A stretch of 64,000 nucleotides of DNA from an uncultured virus (IMG/VR IMGVR_UViG_3300025633_000001) (lineage: Duplodnaviria > Heunggongvirae > Uroviricota > Caudoviricetes): IMG/VR virus record IMGVR_UViG_3300025633_000001; one strand, given 5' to 3'. Position 1 is the stretch's first letter, and every line of letters begins with the position of its first letter. The notes below the pieces were generated by a model that saw only the letters and a program-made list of their open reading frames with translations, was not told where the DNA came from and did not search any database. This document shows, in pieces, positions 19,548 to 28,105 of the stretch. Made by a program: the position numbers and the translations under genes.

Positions 19548-20182
19548 CGGGAGACCCTCCGGGAACGGAGAGACCGGAGGGTCTGAGGGTTGAGGGATGA
19601 AAAAAAGGACGGACAGATGAATGGAAGAGGGAACCTTCCTGTGCCGTGCGGACGGTCACTGGTGACAAAGAGCTGTGACAGACCGCGGAATCTGACCGCA
19701 CCCCACCTGACCTGGAGTTTATGACAGAGATAGGGGTCCGGTGACAGATCCCCGGCCCGCTCTGTCACAGCCCGCTCCAGGCGGTGCCGGGCCATGTCTT
19801 CCAGGTTCGCCTCGCGGGTATCCCAGCGGATCCTGGCGAGGTGGTTGTCGGTGCGGATCCCGTCGTTGTGGCACGCCTCGTAGCCGGGGCCGGGCCGCTG
19901 GCTGCGGTGGGCCTCGAGCACGAGCACGGCGACGGCGGCCTTGCGCCTGCGCTGGCCGTCCCGCAGGGTCACGTACAGGTAGCCCTTGCCGGGCCGCTTG
20001 TCCGGGTGCTGCGGGAGCATCTGACCGAGCCGCAGGCGACCGGCCGCGTCCAGGTAGTCGAGCATCCGGACCTGGCCGCAGCTGCTCGCCTCATGATGCG
20101 GCCACGCCGGGACTAGCTTCCATTCCTCGTCATCGCAGCAGCCAGCGATGCCGTTCAGCTCGAGGACGCTAGGCGCGCTCAA
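19544..20182 (-). CDS. NUMOD4-HNH endonuclease
   Basis: EEWKxV...EASSCGQVR, GYLYVTL, CHNDGIRTDNHLARIRW; AGGAG RBS before TTG. Confidence 0.75.
   Translation of the reverse strand: MSAPSVLELNGIAGCCDDEEWKLVPAWPHHEASSCGQVRMLDYLDAAGRLRLGQMLPQHPDKRPGKGYLYVTLRDGQRRRKAAVAVLVLEAHRSQRPGPGYEACHNDGIRTDNHLARIRWDTREANLEDMARHRLERAVTERAGDLSPDPYLCHKLQVRWGAVRFRGLSQLFVTSDRPHGTGRFPLPFICPSFFSSLNPQTLRSLRSRRVSR
19661..19768. repeat. Cluster of 8-mer RTGACARA repeats
   Basis: Direct copies at 19662, 19675, 19721, 19741; inverted copy at 19761. Confidence 0.6.
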
Positions 20183-20411
20183 TGGTTGCTCCTGTCTTCC
20201 TGGTCCGGTGCAGCCTGCCCGCGAGGGAGGTGGCCGCCGTCGTCGCCCGTGTCCGCAGTCCGCCGCCCCATCGCAGTCCTGCGAGAGCCGCCCCAAGCGC
20301 GGTGGCGGGGGCGGCCAGGCCGGCGGGGAGCGGCCAGCCGGCGAGAATCAGGGCGATCCCGGCCAGCCAGCCGATGGTGACGGCGGCACGGACGATGACG
20401 GCGGTCTTCAC
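20169..20411 (-). CDS. Small two-TM membrane protein
   Basis: Hydrophobic ORF within the transfer-like operon. Confidence 0.45.
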   Translation of the reverse strand: MKTAVIVRAAVTIGWLAGIALILAGWPLPAGLAAPATALGAALAGLRWGGGLRTRATTAATSLAGRLHRTRKTGATIERA

Positions 20412-20424
20412 GGTTCCCCTTAGG

Positions 20425-21081
20425 TCAGGTGCGGGCAGGCGGGGTGCGGCGGGGGCGGGCGGCGGGGGCAGGTCCGGGCAGCGGGTCGTCCCACCCGGCC
20501 GCGGGGTCGCGGCGAATCTCCGCGAGCATCTCCGGCGTCCGCGAGAGCCAGTGCTCGCCATTGCTGATCGGCTTGTGAACGACACCGGGTGCACGGGTGC
20601 CGGACCTGGGCGTGCGGGTCTGCCCGCTTGCACGGGCCGCCGGGCGGGGGGTACGGGCGGGCGCGGACGGTGCCGGACGTGCGGGCGTCCATCCCGGCGC
20701 ACTGCCGGACCACGGACTGCTGGACCGACGTCGCCGGCGGCGGGTCGGCTTCAGTCCCTTGACCCGGTCGGCCACGCGCTTCCGGCCTTTCCCCATCTCG
20801 ACGACGAGTTCCTTGACGAGACGGCGCTGGACCGCCCATACCTTGGTGCGGCGCAACTGGGTCAGCAGGCTCTTGGCGCGGCGGTTCAGCGGGCGCCAGT
20901 GTCCCGCCTGGGGGCGTCCGGGTGGGGTGGACGGGGCTGCCCGCTTCCACCGGGAGCGGTGGATCTCGTTGACCAGCTCACCGACCATGACGTGCTGCAC
21001 GGATGCGTGCTTGGTGCGGCGAAGGCGGTGTATCAGGTGCCTTCCCCTGCGGCTCAGCCTCTTGTAGTCGCGTTGTGCCAT
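20425..21081 (-). CDS. Very basic hypothetical protein with internal duplication
   Basis: LSRRGRHLIHRLRRTK...VGELVNE repeated as LNRRAKSLLTQLRRTK...VKELVVE; GAGGAGG RBS. Confidence 0.5.
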   Translation of the reverse strand: MAQRDYKRLSRRGRHLIHRLRRTKHASVQHVMVGELVNEIHRSRWKRAAPSTPPGRPQAGHWRPLNRRAKSLLTQLRRTKVWAVQRRLVKELVVEMGKGRKRVADRVKGLKPTRRRRRRSSSPWSGSAPGWTPARPAPSAPARTPRPAARASGQTRTPRSGTRAPGVVHKPISNGEHWLSRTPEMLAEIRRDPAAGWDDPLPGPAPAARPRRTPPART

Positions 21082-22883
21082 GCGGGTACTGCCTCCTCGG
21101 GGGCGTAATCAGGTGTCGCGGTGGCGGACCCGGACCCGGACAGGGCCGGGACGGGAGGCTTCTGCGTGACGGCGGACGGCGGGGCCGGGGGCATCGGGAT
21201 CGGCTCGCGGCGGGGCGCGGCGATCGCAGGCTGCACCTGCCCGCGGGCGGCGGCGTCCTGGCCGGGGAGTTCCGCCTGCCGGTAGCCAGGCAGGTCCCAG
21301 ACGGGCGTCATGACCGCCTCGACGGGGCGGGTGTTGCGGTGGATCACCAGCATGTGCCACTTCGCCAGCATCCGGATCCGCTCCGGGGGGAACAGGCGTT
21401 CCTGCCGGGGGGTGCGGGTCTTGGAGCCGTCCGGGTTCCTGGTGTGATCCCAGGTGTCCCGCATCCCGCACACCGACGACAGGGATTCCAGTTCGGTCTC
21501 GTCGGTGAAACCCCCGCCGATGACCTTGACGGTGAAGTTGGTCTTGATGGTTTTCGCGTCATGCTCGCCCCACCGGGCAGTCAGCTGGGACAGCGCCTGG
21601 ATCCCGGCGATGACCGTGATGTTGTAGCCCGCGGCCACGCTGGTCCACTTGTGCAGCGGGACGGGCACGATGGTGGCGACCTCATCGAGCGCGAGCATGA
21701 GCGGGCGGGCGAGCCGTCCGCCGTTCGCGGCTGCTGCCTGCTTGGCTGCCTCGAACAGCTCGTCCGTGAACGCGGCGAAGTACGGGGCGAGCGAGCCGTG
21801 CTCACGGTCCGAGCCGATCATGTAAACGGTGCCGAAACCGACGTCGGCGAACAGCCGGCAGTCGAAACCGCCACCGGGGACAGGGCAGGCGGTCGACGCC
21901 ATCTCCGGATCGTCCATCCAGCGCAGCGCGCCCGCGGCGCCCGCGGCGACGTGGCCTAGCTGCTCGTCGTTCGCGCACAGGGCCTCCAGCGCCTGCGCCC
22001 AGCCCGGCGCGGCGTACTCGCTGGCCAGGATCGCGGCGGGGGCGGGGGCGGACGGGTCACGGACCCACGCGGTGACATCGCGCATGGTGGCCCCGGCGAG
22101 CGCCCCGGCGTGCAGCATCAGGCGGAGCAGGTCGGCGCCCTTGGCGTCCCAGTAGGCGTCTTTCCCGCCCTTGTCGGACGGCGCGGCGGCCATCAGCGCG
22201 CCCGCCCGTCGGATCGCGGTGCGGGGATCCTGGCAGCCCTCCAGCGGCGACCACGCGAGCGTCGACAGGATGCCGCCGTCCCCGTCCGGGTTCAGCACCC
22301 AGACCGGGCCCGCGGCCTCGCGGGCGGCGATGGTGTGGAGGTACAGGTCAACCCGCGAGGAGGTGGCCAGCAGCGAGCCGGGGGCGTTCATCGCCCACCC
22401 GGCGATCAGCGCGGTCTTCATGGTGCGAGGAGGAGCTATGACGAGGTAGGAGTCTTCAAGCGAACCGGCGAGATCCTGGCCTCTAGCGCGGCCGAGCGAA
22501 ACGGCGGCCGCGGACGGGATGAGGCCGGGGCAGGTGCGGCGGGCGTGGCGGGCGGCCGTCTCCGGGGACAGCTTGGCGCGCAGTTCCCGGCGGGTCGCGG
22601 TGCCCTGGTACTTCCGGCGGGCGCGCATGGCGGCCTTGCCGCCGGAGCGGTGCCAGGCGCGGTCCTCCCACAGCTTCAGCCCGGCGTGCATCAGCCCGGC
22701 GGCGGCGACGGCGACGGGAAGCGGGGCCAGCGGCGGGACGTGACCGGCGTAGTCGGCGACCCCGGAGGCAGCAAGGGCGGTGCCGTAGGTCAGGACGTAC
22801 GGAGCGGAGGCCCTGGCCATCACGGTCCGCTTCAGCTCGGCAGCACGGCGGATCCTGCCGGGAGACCTCGCGGTTGCGGTCAT
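21054..22883 (-). CDS. TraG/TraD/VirD4-like coupling-protein ATPase
   Basis: N-terminal TMs, APPRTMKT, WSPLEGC, LALDEVATI, QALSQLTARWG motifs. Confidence 0.85.
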   Translation of the reverse strand: MTATARSPGRIRRAAELKRTVMARASAPYVLTYGTALAASGVADYAGHVPPLAPLPVAVAAAGLMHAGLKLWEDRAWHRSGGKAAMRARRKYQGTATRRELRAKLSPETAARHARRTCPGLIPSAAAVSLGRARGQDLAGSLEDSYLVIAPPRTMKTALIAGWAMNAPGSLLATSSRVDLYLHTIAAREAAGPVWVLNPDGDGGILSTLAWSPLEGCQDPRTAIRRAGALMAAAPSDKGGKDAYWDAKGADLLRLMLHAGALAGATMRDVTAWVRDPSAPAPAAILASEYAAPGWAQALEALCANDEQLGHVAAGAAGALRWMDDPEMASTACPVPGGGFDCRLFADVGFGTVYMIGSDREHGSLAPYFAAFTDELFEAAKQAAAANGGRLARPLMLALDEVATIVPVPLHKWTSVAAGYNITVIAGIQALSQLTARWGEHDAKTIKTNFTVKVIGGGFTDETELESLSSVCGMRDTWDHTRNPDGSKTRTPRQERLFPPERIRMLAKWHMLVIHRNTRPVEAVMTPVWDLPGYRQAELPGQDAAARGQVQPAIAAPRREPIPMPPAPPSAVTQKPPVPALSGSGSATATPDYAPEEAVPAWHNATTRG

Positions 22884-23716
22884 GACCGTGACCTCCTTCT
22901 CCGCTGCGGTGGCCGCCCGGACGGGTCGTGCTCGGGATTACGGATGCCGGGCCGGTCGCGCGGCGCCCGGTCCCAGACCGGATCACGGCCCGGCGTCGGC
23001 CTGACCGACGCGATGTGGTTCGGGAGATGCGACTCCCCGGCGTGAGCGGCACGGCGGTGGTCGCGACTCCACGCCTCGCCCTCAGCGCTTTCCAGCCACT
23101 CGACAGCCGGGTCTTTCGGCCTGGTCACCGTGACCTCCTCGGGGCGCGCTGCGCCCGCTCCTGCCGGTCCGACTCCCGCTGGAGGCGGATCAGGTCCTGC
23201 TCGGCGTCGACCCGCTGGAAGTGCCACCAGCGCTGGACCGGGCTCAGCGGGCGCTCGGCTTCCAGTACCCGGCCGTTGAGGTCGTCGCAGGGAGGGGTCT
23301 CCTCGCGGATGCCCGCGCGGCGCTCGTACAGGGCCTGCGTGTGCAGGTCGCGCACCGCCTTGCGGAACGCCGCGGCCTGCTCGGCGGTCCCGGTGCGGAT
23401 GCCTGGGAACCAGCGGCCCATCAGTTCCTCCCCCGGCGGCCCTGGACGCGGGCCTGCACCCGCCGGAACTGCTCCCGCTCCCGGCGCCCGCGCTTGCACG
23501 TCTCGCGAAAGGCCCGGAGGCGGCTCGCATCGTCATACAGCCCCAGCGCGGACGCGTCGGCGAAGGTCCGCCCGATCGCGGGGTCGACCCGGCGCGGCTG
23601 GAAGTCCGCGCGGATCCGGGCGGACAGGTTGTCGGCCTTGATCTGCTCCTCGCGGCGGCGCTCCTGCTGCATCCGCTCGGCCTCGCGGTCCTGGCCGAAT
23701 CCGGGCCACTTGAGCA

Positions 23717-23998
23717 TCAGGCCGCCCTCCGCTGCTGCCGCTTGACCAGCGCGTGACGCATCGCCGAACGCTCGTCCCCGTCGAACCCGGCCCACACGTC
23801 GTCATCCCGCTGCCGTTCGAAGCTGAGACGGAAGTCCAGGCACGGCCCGGTGACCTCGCACGACGCGCACACGGCCTTGGCCTGCGCTTCCCGGACCTCA
23901 CGGGCGGCAGGCGACTCGCCGTCGGGCGAAAAGAACAGCTCGGGATCTTCGCCGCGGCAGGCTGCGCTGTACCGCCAGCTGAGGGCCGTGACGCTCAT
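23717..23998 (-). CDS. WhiB-family transcription factor
   Basis: WRYSAACRGEDPELFF...AKAVCASCEVTGPCL...VWAG; four Cys. Confidence 0.9.
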   Translation of the reverse strand: MSVTALSWRYSAACRGEDPELFFSPDGESPAAREVREAQAKAVCASCEVTGPCLDFRLSFERQRDDDVWAGFDGDERSAMRHALVKRQQRRAA

Positions 23999-24591
23999 GA
24001 CGCCACCCCGGCTGGCAGTCCGCCCGCCAGTGCGTCCCAGAGCAGATCGTTGCGGCCCCATTCGGGATCGATGATCGTGACCTGCCACGCACCGCACAGG
24101 GACCTCACGGCCTCCTTGCGGCAGATCCCGTAGCCGACGACGGGGCTGCGGATGTCACGGCGCGGACGGGCAGCGCCGAACCATGTCGCGTCATCGCCGC
24201 GGTAGCGGGTCACCGGGACTGCGTCGTCGTAACGGACGCGGCGGCGGGGCATCATCGACGGCGGGTAGGCGACGACACGCAAGGCCGCGCGCTGCGCAGT
24301 GCCGATCAGCCTCAGCGCGGTGCCTTGCGCGGCGAAACCCTCCACGGCTGCGCGCTGATCAGACTTCTCGTCGCCGATGCGGTAGCCGGGCTGGCTGCCG
24401 GACGTCAGGTACCCGGCGCGGTTCATCTGTGCCAGGACGGGGATCAGGCGCTCGGTCTCGGGGTCCGGGCCGCAGCCGGCTTGATAGGCCGGCTGCGAGG
24501 CCAGGTCGCCTTCCAGCCAGCGGGCGGTCAGCTCGCCGAGGTCGGCCAGGGTGCGGGCAGCTGCCCACTGCTCGCGGTCGGCGCGGTTCAT
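23995..24591 (-). CDS. DUF6919-like protein
   Basis: WAAARTLADLGELTARWLEG...GYLTSGSQPG...QRAAVEGF...DPEWGRN. Confidence 0.65.
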   Translation of the reverse strand: MNRADREQWAAARTLADLGELTARWLEGDLASQPAYQAGCGPDPETERLIPVLAQMNRAGYLTSGSQPGYRIGDEKSDQRAAVEGFAAQGTALRLIGTAQRAALRVVAYPPSMMPRRRVRYDDAVPVTRYRGDDATWFGAARPRRDIRSPVVGYGICRKEAVRSLCGAWQVTIIDPEWGRNDLLWDALAGGLPAGVAS

Positions 24592-25118
24592 GACGCCGCC
24601 TTAGCGCAGGCGCCGTACTCGCGGTAGCGGCGCTTCTCGTCCCCGCCGCGGGCAGGGAGTCCCGCGTTCCACCGCTCCCACGCGGTCAGGCCGGATGCGT
24701 GCTCGCCGCCGAGGACGATCCCCGCGCCGAACGCGGTGCGCTCGTCCAGCGCCACGGCGGCGTAGTCGGCTTCGCTGATCAGTCCCCGGCGGAAGGCCCG
24801 GTGGAAGCGGGCGACGTGCATGCCTCCCGGTCCGGCGTTCGCGCACGGCTGGCCGGGACCGGACCAGCACCGGCCGCAGGTGGCCCGGAGGGCGGTCTCG
24901 GCGATCTCCGCCAGGGTGCGCGCGGGGGTCGCGTCCTGCCCGATGGCATCGAGGATGACCGCGAAGGCGTCGGCCTCGCGGGACGGCACAGGGAAGGCCA
25001 GCGCCGCGCGGGCCAGGCTGACGAGCCGGGCGGCGGACCCACGGTCCCCCTCTTTCGCTACGCAGGCGGCGGCGGAGGCGTGGTCCAGGGCCTTGCTCAG
25101 GGCGGCGATGTCCGTCAC
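24588..25118 (-). CDS. Zn-finger hypothetical protein
   Basis: CGRCWSGPGQPC...HVARF; start uncertain. Confidence 0.45.
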   Translation of the reverse strand: MTDIAALSKALDHASAAACVAKEGDRGSAARLVSLARAALAFPVPSREADAFAVILDAIGQDATPARTLAEIAETALRATCGRCWSGPGQPCANAGPGGMHVARFHRAFRRGLISEADYAAVALDERTAFGAGIVLGGEHASGLTAWERWNAGLPARGGDEKRRYREYGACAKAAS

Positions 25119-25509
25119 CGGGACGCCTGCCGGATCGCGTCGTCGCACAGGGACGCGTAGATCGCCATCGCCATCGCCGTCTCCTGCGGGGTCTCCGGGT
25201 ACAGGGCGGGACGGCGGGACTGGGTACGGGGGGTCAAGGGGATTACGGGTGCTATCGTGTCGGGCATCGGTCAGGTACCTTTCCGGCAGGCTAGGGATTT
25301 GGCTTTTCGCGGGGCCGCATTGCAGTGCGGCCCCGCTTTCGTATGTCTGGGTGCGGTTCACCGGGCACCGCTGTTCACGAAGGCGGTCCAGCCGCCGGCG
25401 CAGATCCGGCCGACAGCAGCACGCACCTCCCGGTCGGTGAGGGCGGCGGGGTCGTGGTCGTCGTGGAGGTCGGAGAGCCACTCGCGGGCTGCGGCGTAAA
25501 GGTCGGACA

Positions 25510-25716
25510 TCAGGCCGCCGCCCGCTCAGGTTCGGTGCCGAGGGCGCGAACCTTCGACTCGCGGTAGCGTCTGTGTCCGCCTGGGGTCTTCTCGGCGTCG
25601 AGGAGGCCGCAGGCGTTCCAGTAGCGCAGGCTCCTCGGGGAGACGCGGCGAAGCGCTGCGGCCTCAGCAGGCGTAAGCAGCCGGTCCTCCGCGTCTCGTT
25701 CCGAAGCAGTGTCCAC
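25510..25716 (-). CDS. BldC/MerR-like (excisionase-type) HTH protein
   Basis: LLTPAEAAALRRVSPRSLRYW...KTPGGHRRYRESKV. Confidence 0.8.
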   Translation of the reverse strand: MDTASERDAEDRLLTPAEAAALRRVSPRSLRYWNACGLLDAEKTPGGHRRYRESKVRALGTEPERAAA

Positions 25717-25762
25717 GTTCTCCGTCCTTCTAGCCGGTCTGGCCCGGCTTGCCGTTTTGGCC

Positions 25763-25840
25763 GTCTACCCCTTAACGTATAGACCTAGACGACAGTCGTC
25801 AAGTCCTAGACGATCGAAACGGGTCTAGAGCTATACGCTT
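25763..25840. promoter_or_regulatory. Divergent promoter region with TAGAC operator-like repeats
   Basis: CCTAGACGA at 25784 and 25805 (21 bp apart), inverted GTCTAG at 25823, TACGCT -10 at 25834. Confidence 0.55.
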
Positions 25841-25845
25841 GGAAG

Positions 25846-26184
25846 GTGGATAATGCCCCGCTCGCAGATGAGGCCGCTAGCGCGCTCGCCGTGCTGCGCA
25901 AGTTGCTCGACCGCATCGACGCGATGGACGGATCTGACGCGAGGACGACCGCGATACGCGAGCTGGCCGAGGCGATCCAGGAGCTCTACAACCGGGCGGC
26001 CGAGATCCGCAAGAACGAGATGTTCCGCATCAGGGAACGTGAGCAGTTGTCACTAGCCAAACTCGCCGACAAGGTGGGGATCAGCAAGGCTCGCGCCGAC
26101 CAGCTCATCAAGGCCCGAGAGAAGGAGGACGGCAATGCTAGAGCCGATGACGGTGCGGGTGGAGGTCTGGCCAGTCGTTGCTGA
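25846..26184 (+). CDS. HTH regulator
   Basis: LSLAKLADKVGISKARADQLI. Confidence 0.7.
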   Translation: MDNAPLADEAASALAVLRKLLDRIDAMDGSDARTTAIRELAEAIQELYNRAAEIRKNEMFRIREREQLSLAKLADKVGISKARADQLIKAREKEDGNARADDGAGGGLASRC

Positions 26185-26647
26185 TGAAGTCGGACTATGG
26201 CTGATCAGCGGCGACGATGCCTGGCGGTCAGACAACGTGATGGCGGACAGCGACCTGCATTTCGAGGTTGAGTTCCTTCTCGGGGGCTACGGGATCACCG
26301 AGACGAACGCCCTGCACTCCACATCGTGGAGGCCTCAGGGAACGGCAGTCATCCTGACCTACATGGCGGCGATGGAAGTCGGCGGGTTCGCCCGCGACTA
26401 CTGGCCTTCCGCTCAGCCGATCACGCCGGCGCTCGCCGAAGCAGTCGGCAAGCCCCCGACGCATGCGCCGACAGAACCGCCCGTACCGCGGTTCATTGAC
26501 GTCCTGTTCCACGGGCTGCGGCACCTGCACTACCTGATGGACAACGACGCGACCAACGCCACCGCGTTGGGTGACCTGTGGCAACGGCACCTCGAACCGT
26601 TCCGGCCCGCGCTCGCCGGCATGTACTCCGAGAGGCATGTGGCATGA
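26135..26647 (+). CDS. Degenerate Nudix-fold protein
   Basis: HSTSWR...VILTY...DVLFHGLRHL; canonical Nudix box absent. Confidence 0.5.
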   Translation: MLEPMTVRVEVWPVVADEVGLWLISGDDAWRSDNVMADSDLHFEVEFLLGGYGITETNALHSTSWRPQGTAVILTYMAAMEVGGFARDYWPSAQPITPALAEAVGKPPTHAPTEPPVPRFIDVLFHGLRHLHYLMDNDATNATALGDLWQRHLEPFRPALAGMYSERHVA

Positions 26648-27023
26648 CGACGCCGCTTTCCGAATGGACCTGCTACCACTGCGGCGAGAAGTGCGGCGGC
26701 CGGTCGCCGCGCGGATACGCGGGCCTTACCAGCCTCAGCGAGCCGCTGCACGCCACGTGCAGCCCCGACGACGCGAACCTGTACCCGGACTGCCATCGCA
26801 GGATTACCGAGTTCGGCGAGCCGACCGGGGCGCTGCGGAACGTTGACCCTAAGCCGGTCGGGATCGAGGGCATCGTTCACAGCAGCTAGCCCGGACACAG
26901 CAAAGGCCGGGCGTTCTAGCGCCCGGCCAGAGCTGATCATCAGCGAGTAGCCGACGAATCCACCAGTGCCCATCGTAAGGCACTACCTCGCCGACCTCGC
27001 GTTGAGCATGCGCGAACGGAGGG

Positions 27024-27719
27024 GTGTGCTTGGCCTGCAACGCGCCGCAACGCCAGTGTCTTGAGTGGCACGTCAAGCCGCACCTAGACGACCCCGAGTT
27101 CTACAAAGGGGACCTGGCCAAGGGTTTCGATGATGGCTACAGCGCACGTTGCCCGGCTCACGACGACAGGCACCGCTCGTTCACGGTCAACCCCGGCAAG
27201 CACCGTATCTGGTACCAGTGCCACGCCGGATGCGACCAGCTGGCAGTCCGGGCCGAACTCATCGCCAAGGGCGTACCTGATGAGTGCCTGCCCATCTCGA
27301 AGCAGCGACAGGAGGACTTGATCGAACAGCTGAACCGGCTGCTCACCACCGCAGGCATGGAGGACGGCCACAAGGTACTGCTGGCGCTGGCCCACGTGCG
27401 CGGGATGAGCGAGTTGCCCAGAGGGAAGAAGCTTGAGGCGCTGGCCGCCGACGCGAGCACGATCTCTAACGCCAGTGCGTACCGTTACAAGAGGGCCGGA
27501 GCGCGGGGGCAAGACCCGACTTCTGGAAGTTACCCCACTAGTCAAGCCGAAAGCAAGAACCAAAGGTCACCTCGGTGTTTCCCCGCATCAGAAAACTCTC
27601 ACGGTGCGAGTAGCTCTCACGGTGATAGCTCCAAAACTCTCACGGTGAGAGTTGGCGGCAATGCTAATAACAGGACGACCAATTCTCGAACCGAGAAAAC
27701 GGGAGATGAGGCAGCATGA
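27024..27719 (+). CDS. Primase-type Zn-finger + HTH-like protein (copy 1)
   Basis: RCPAHDDRHRS...CHAGC; no TOPRIM or helicase domain seen; paralog at 59811-60302. Confidence 0.7.
   Translation: MCLACNAPQRQCLEWHVKPHLDDPEFYKGDLAKGFDDGYSARCPAHDDRHRSFTVNPGKHRIWYQCHAGCDQLAVRAELIAKGVPDECLPISKQRQEDLIEQLNRLLTTAGMEDGHKVLLALAHVRGMSELPRGKKLEALAADASTISNASAYRYKRAGARGQDPTSGSYPTSQAESKNQRSPRCFPASENSHGASSSHGDSSKTLTVRVGGNANNRTTNSRTEKTGDEAA
27596..27653. repeat. Three CTCTCACGGTG palindromic boxes
   Basis: Copies at 27596, 27614, 27637; third is perfect AACTCTCAC-G-GTGAGAGTT. Confidence 0.85.
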
Positions 27720-28105
27720 TTAGTCCCGAGGTCATCCCCTTCGGCAAGTACAAGGGGCAGTCCGTCGAGGTCGTGGCCGCCGACACGGACTACTGCGAGT
27801 GGCTCACTGCGCAGAAGTGGTTCAAGGGCAAATACCAGAGTCTCTACAGGACGCTAACCAGCCACGGGACCGAGCCGACAGCCAGTACGGCCCCGCCGCT
27901 TCCCGTCTTCATCGGTGAGACCGAACCTGCATCCGCTATCTCGGAGACCGCCGAATACTGGCCGCCATGGGAGCCGCCCCCGGTGCCCGGCTGTCTGGCC
28001 GAGTCGGGAATCCCGGTGACCGGGCTTGTGTGGTGCCCGGTGCACGAGGAGTACGAGGAGCTGTGCGACGGTGCGTCGGCCGTTCGCCTTGCGGGCACTC
28101 GATGA
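27716..28105 (+). CDS. PFGKYKG-domain (DUF3820/ExoX C-terminal-like) protein
   Basis: IPFGKYKGQSV...YCEWL. Confidence 0.65.
   Translation: MISPEVIPFGKYKGQSVEVVAADTDYCEWLTAQKWFKGKYQSLYRTLTSHGTEPTASTAPPLPVFIGETEPASAISETAEYWPPWEPPPVPGCLAESGIPVTGLVWCPVHEEYEELCDGASAVRLAGTR

Noticed and set aside
19544..20182. Intron- or intein-borne homing endonuclease
   Set aside because: Both HNH genes (here and 56946-57632) are free-standing; no interrupted gene or splicing motifs seen
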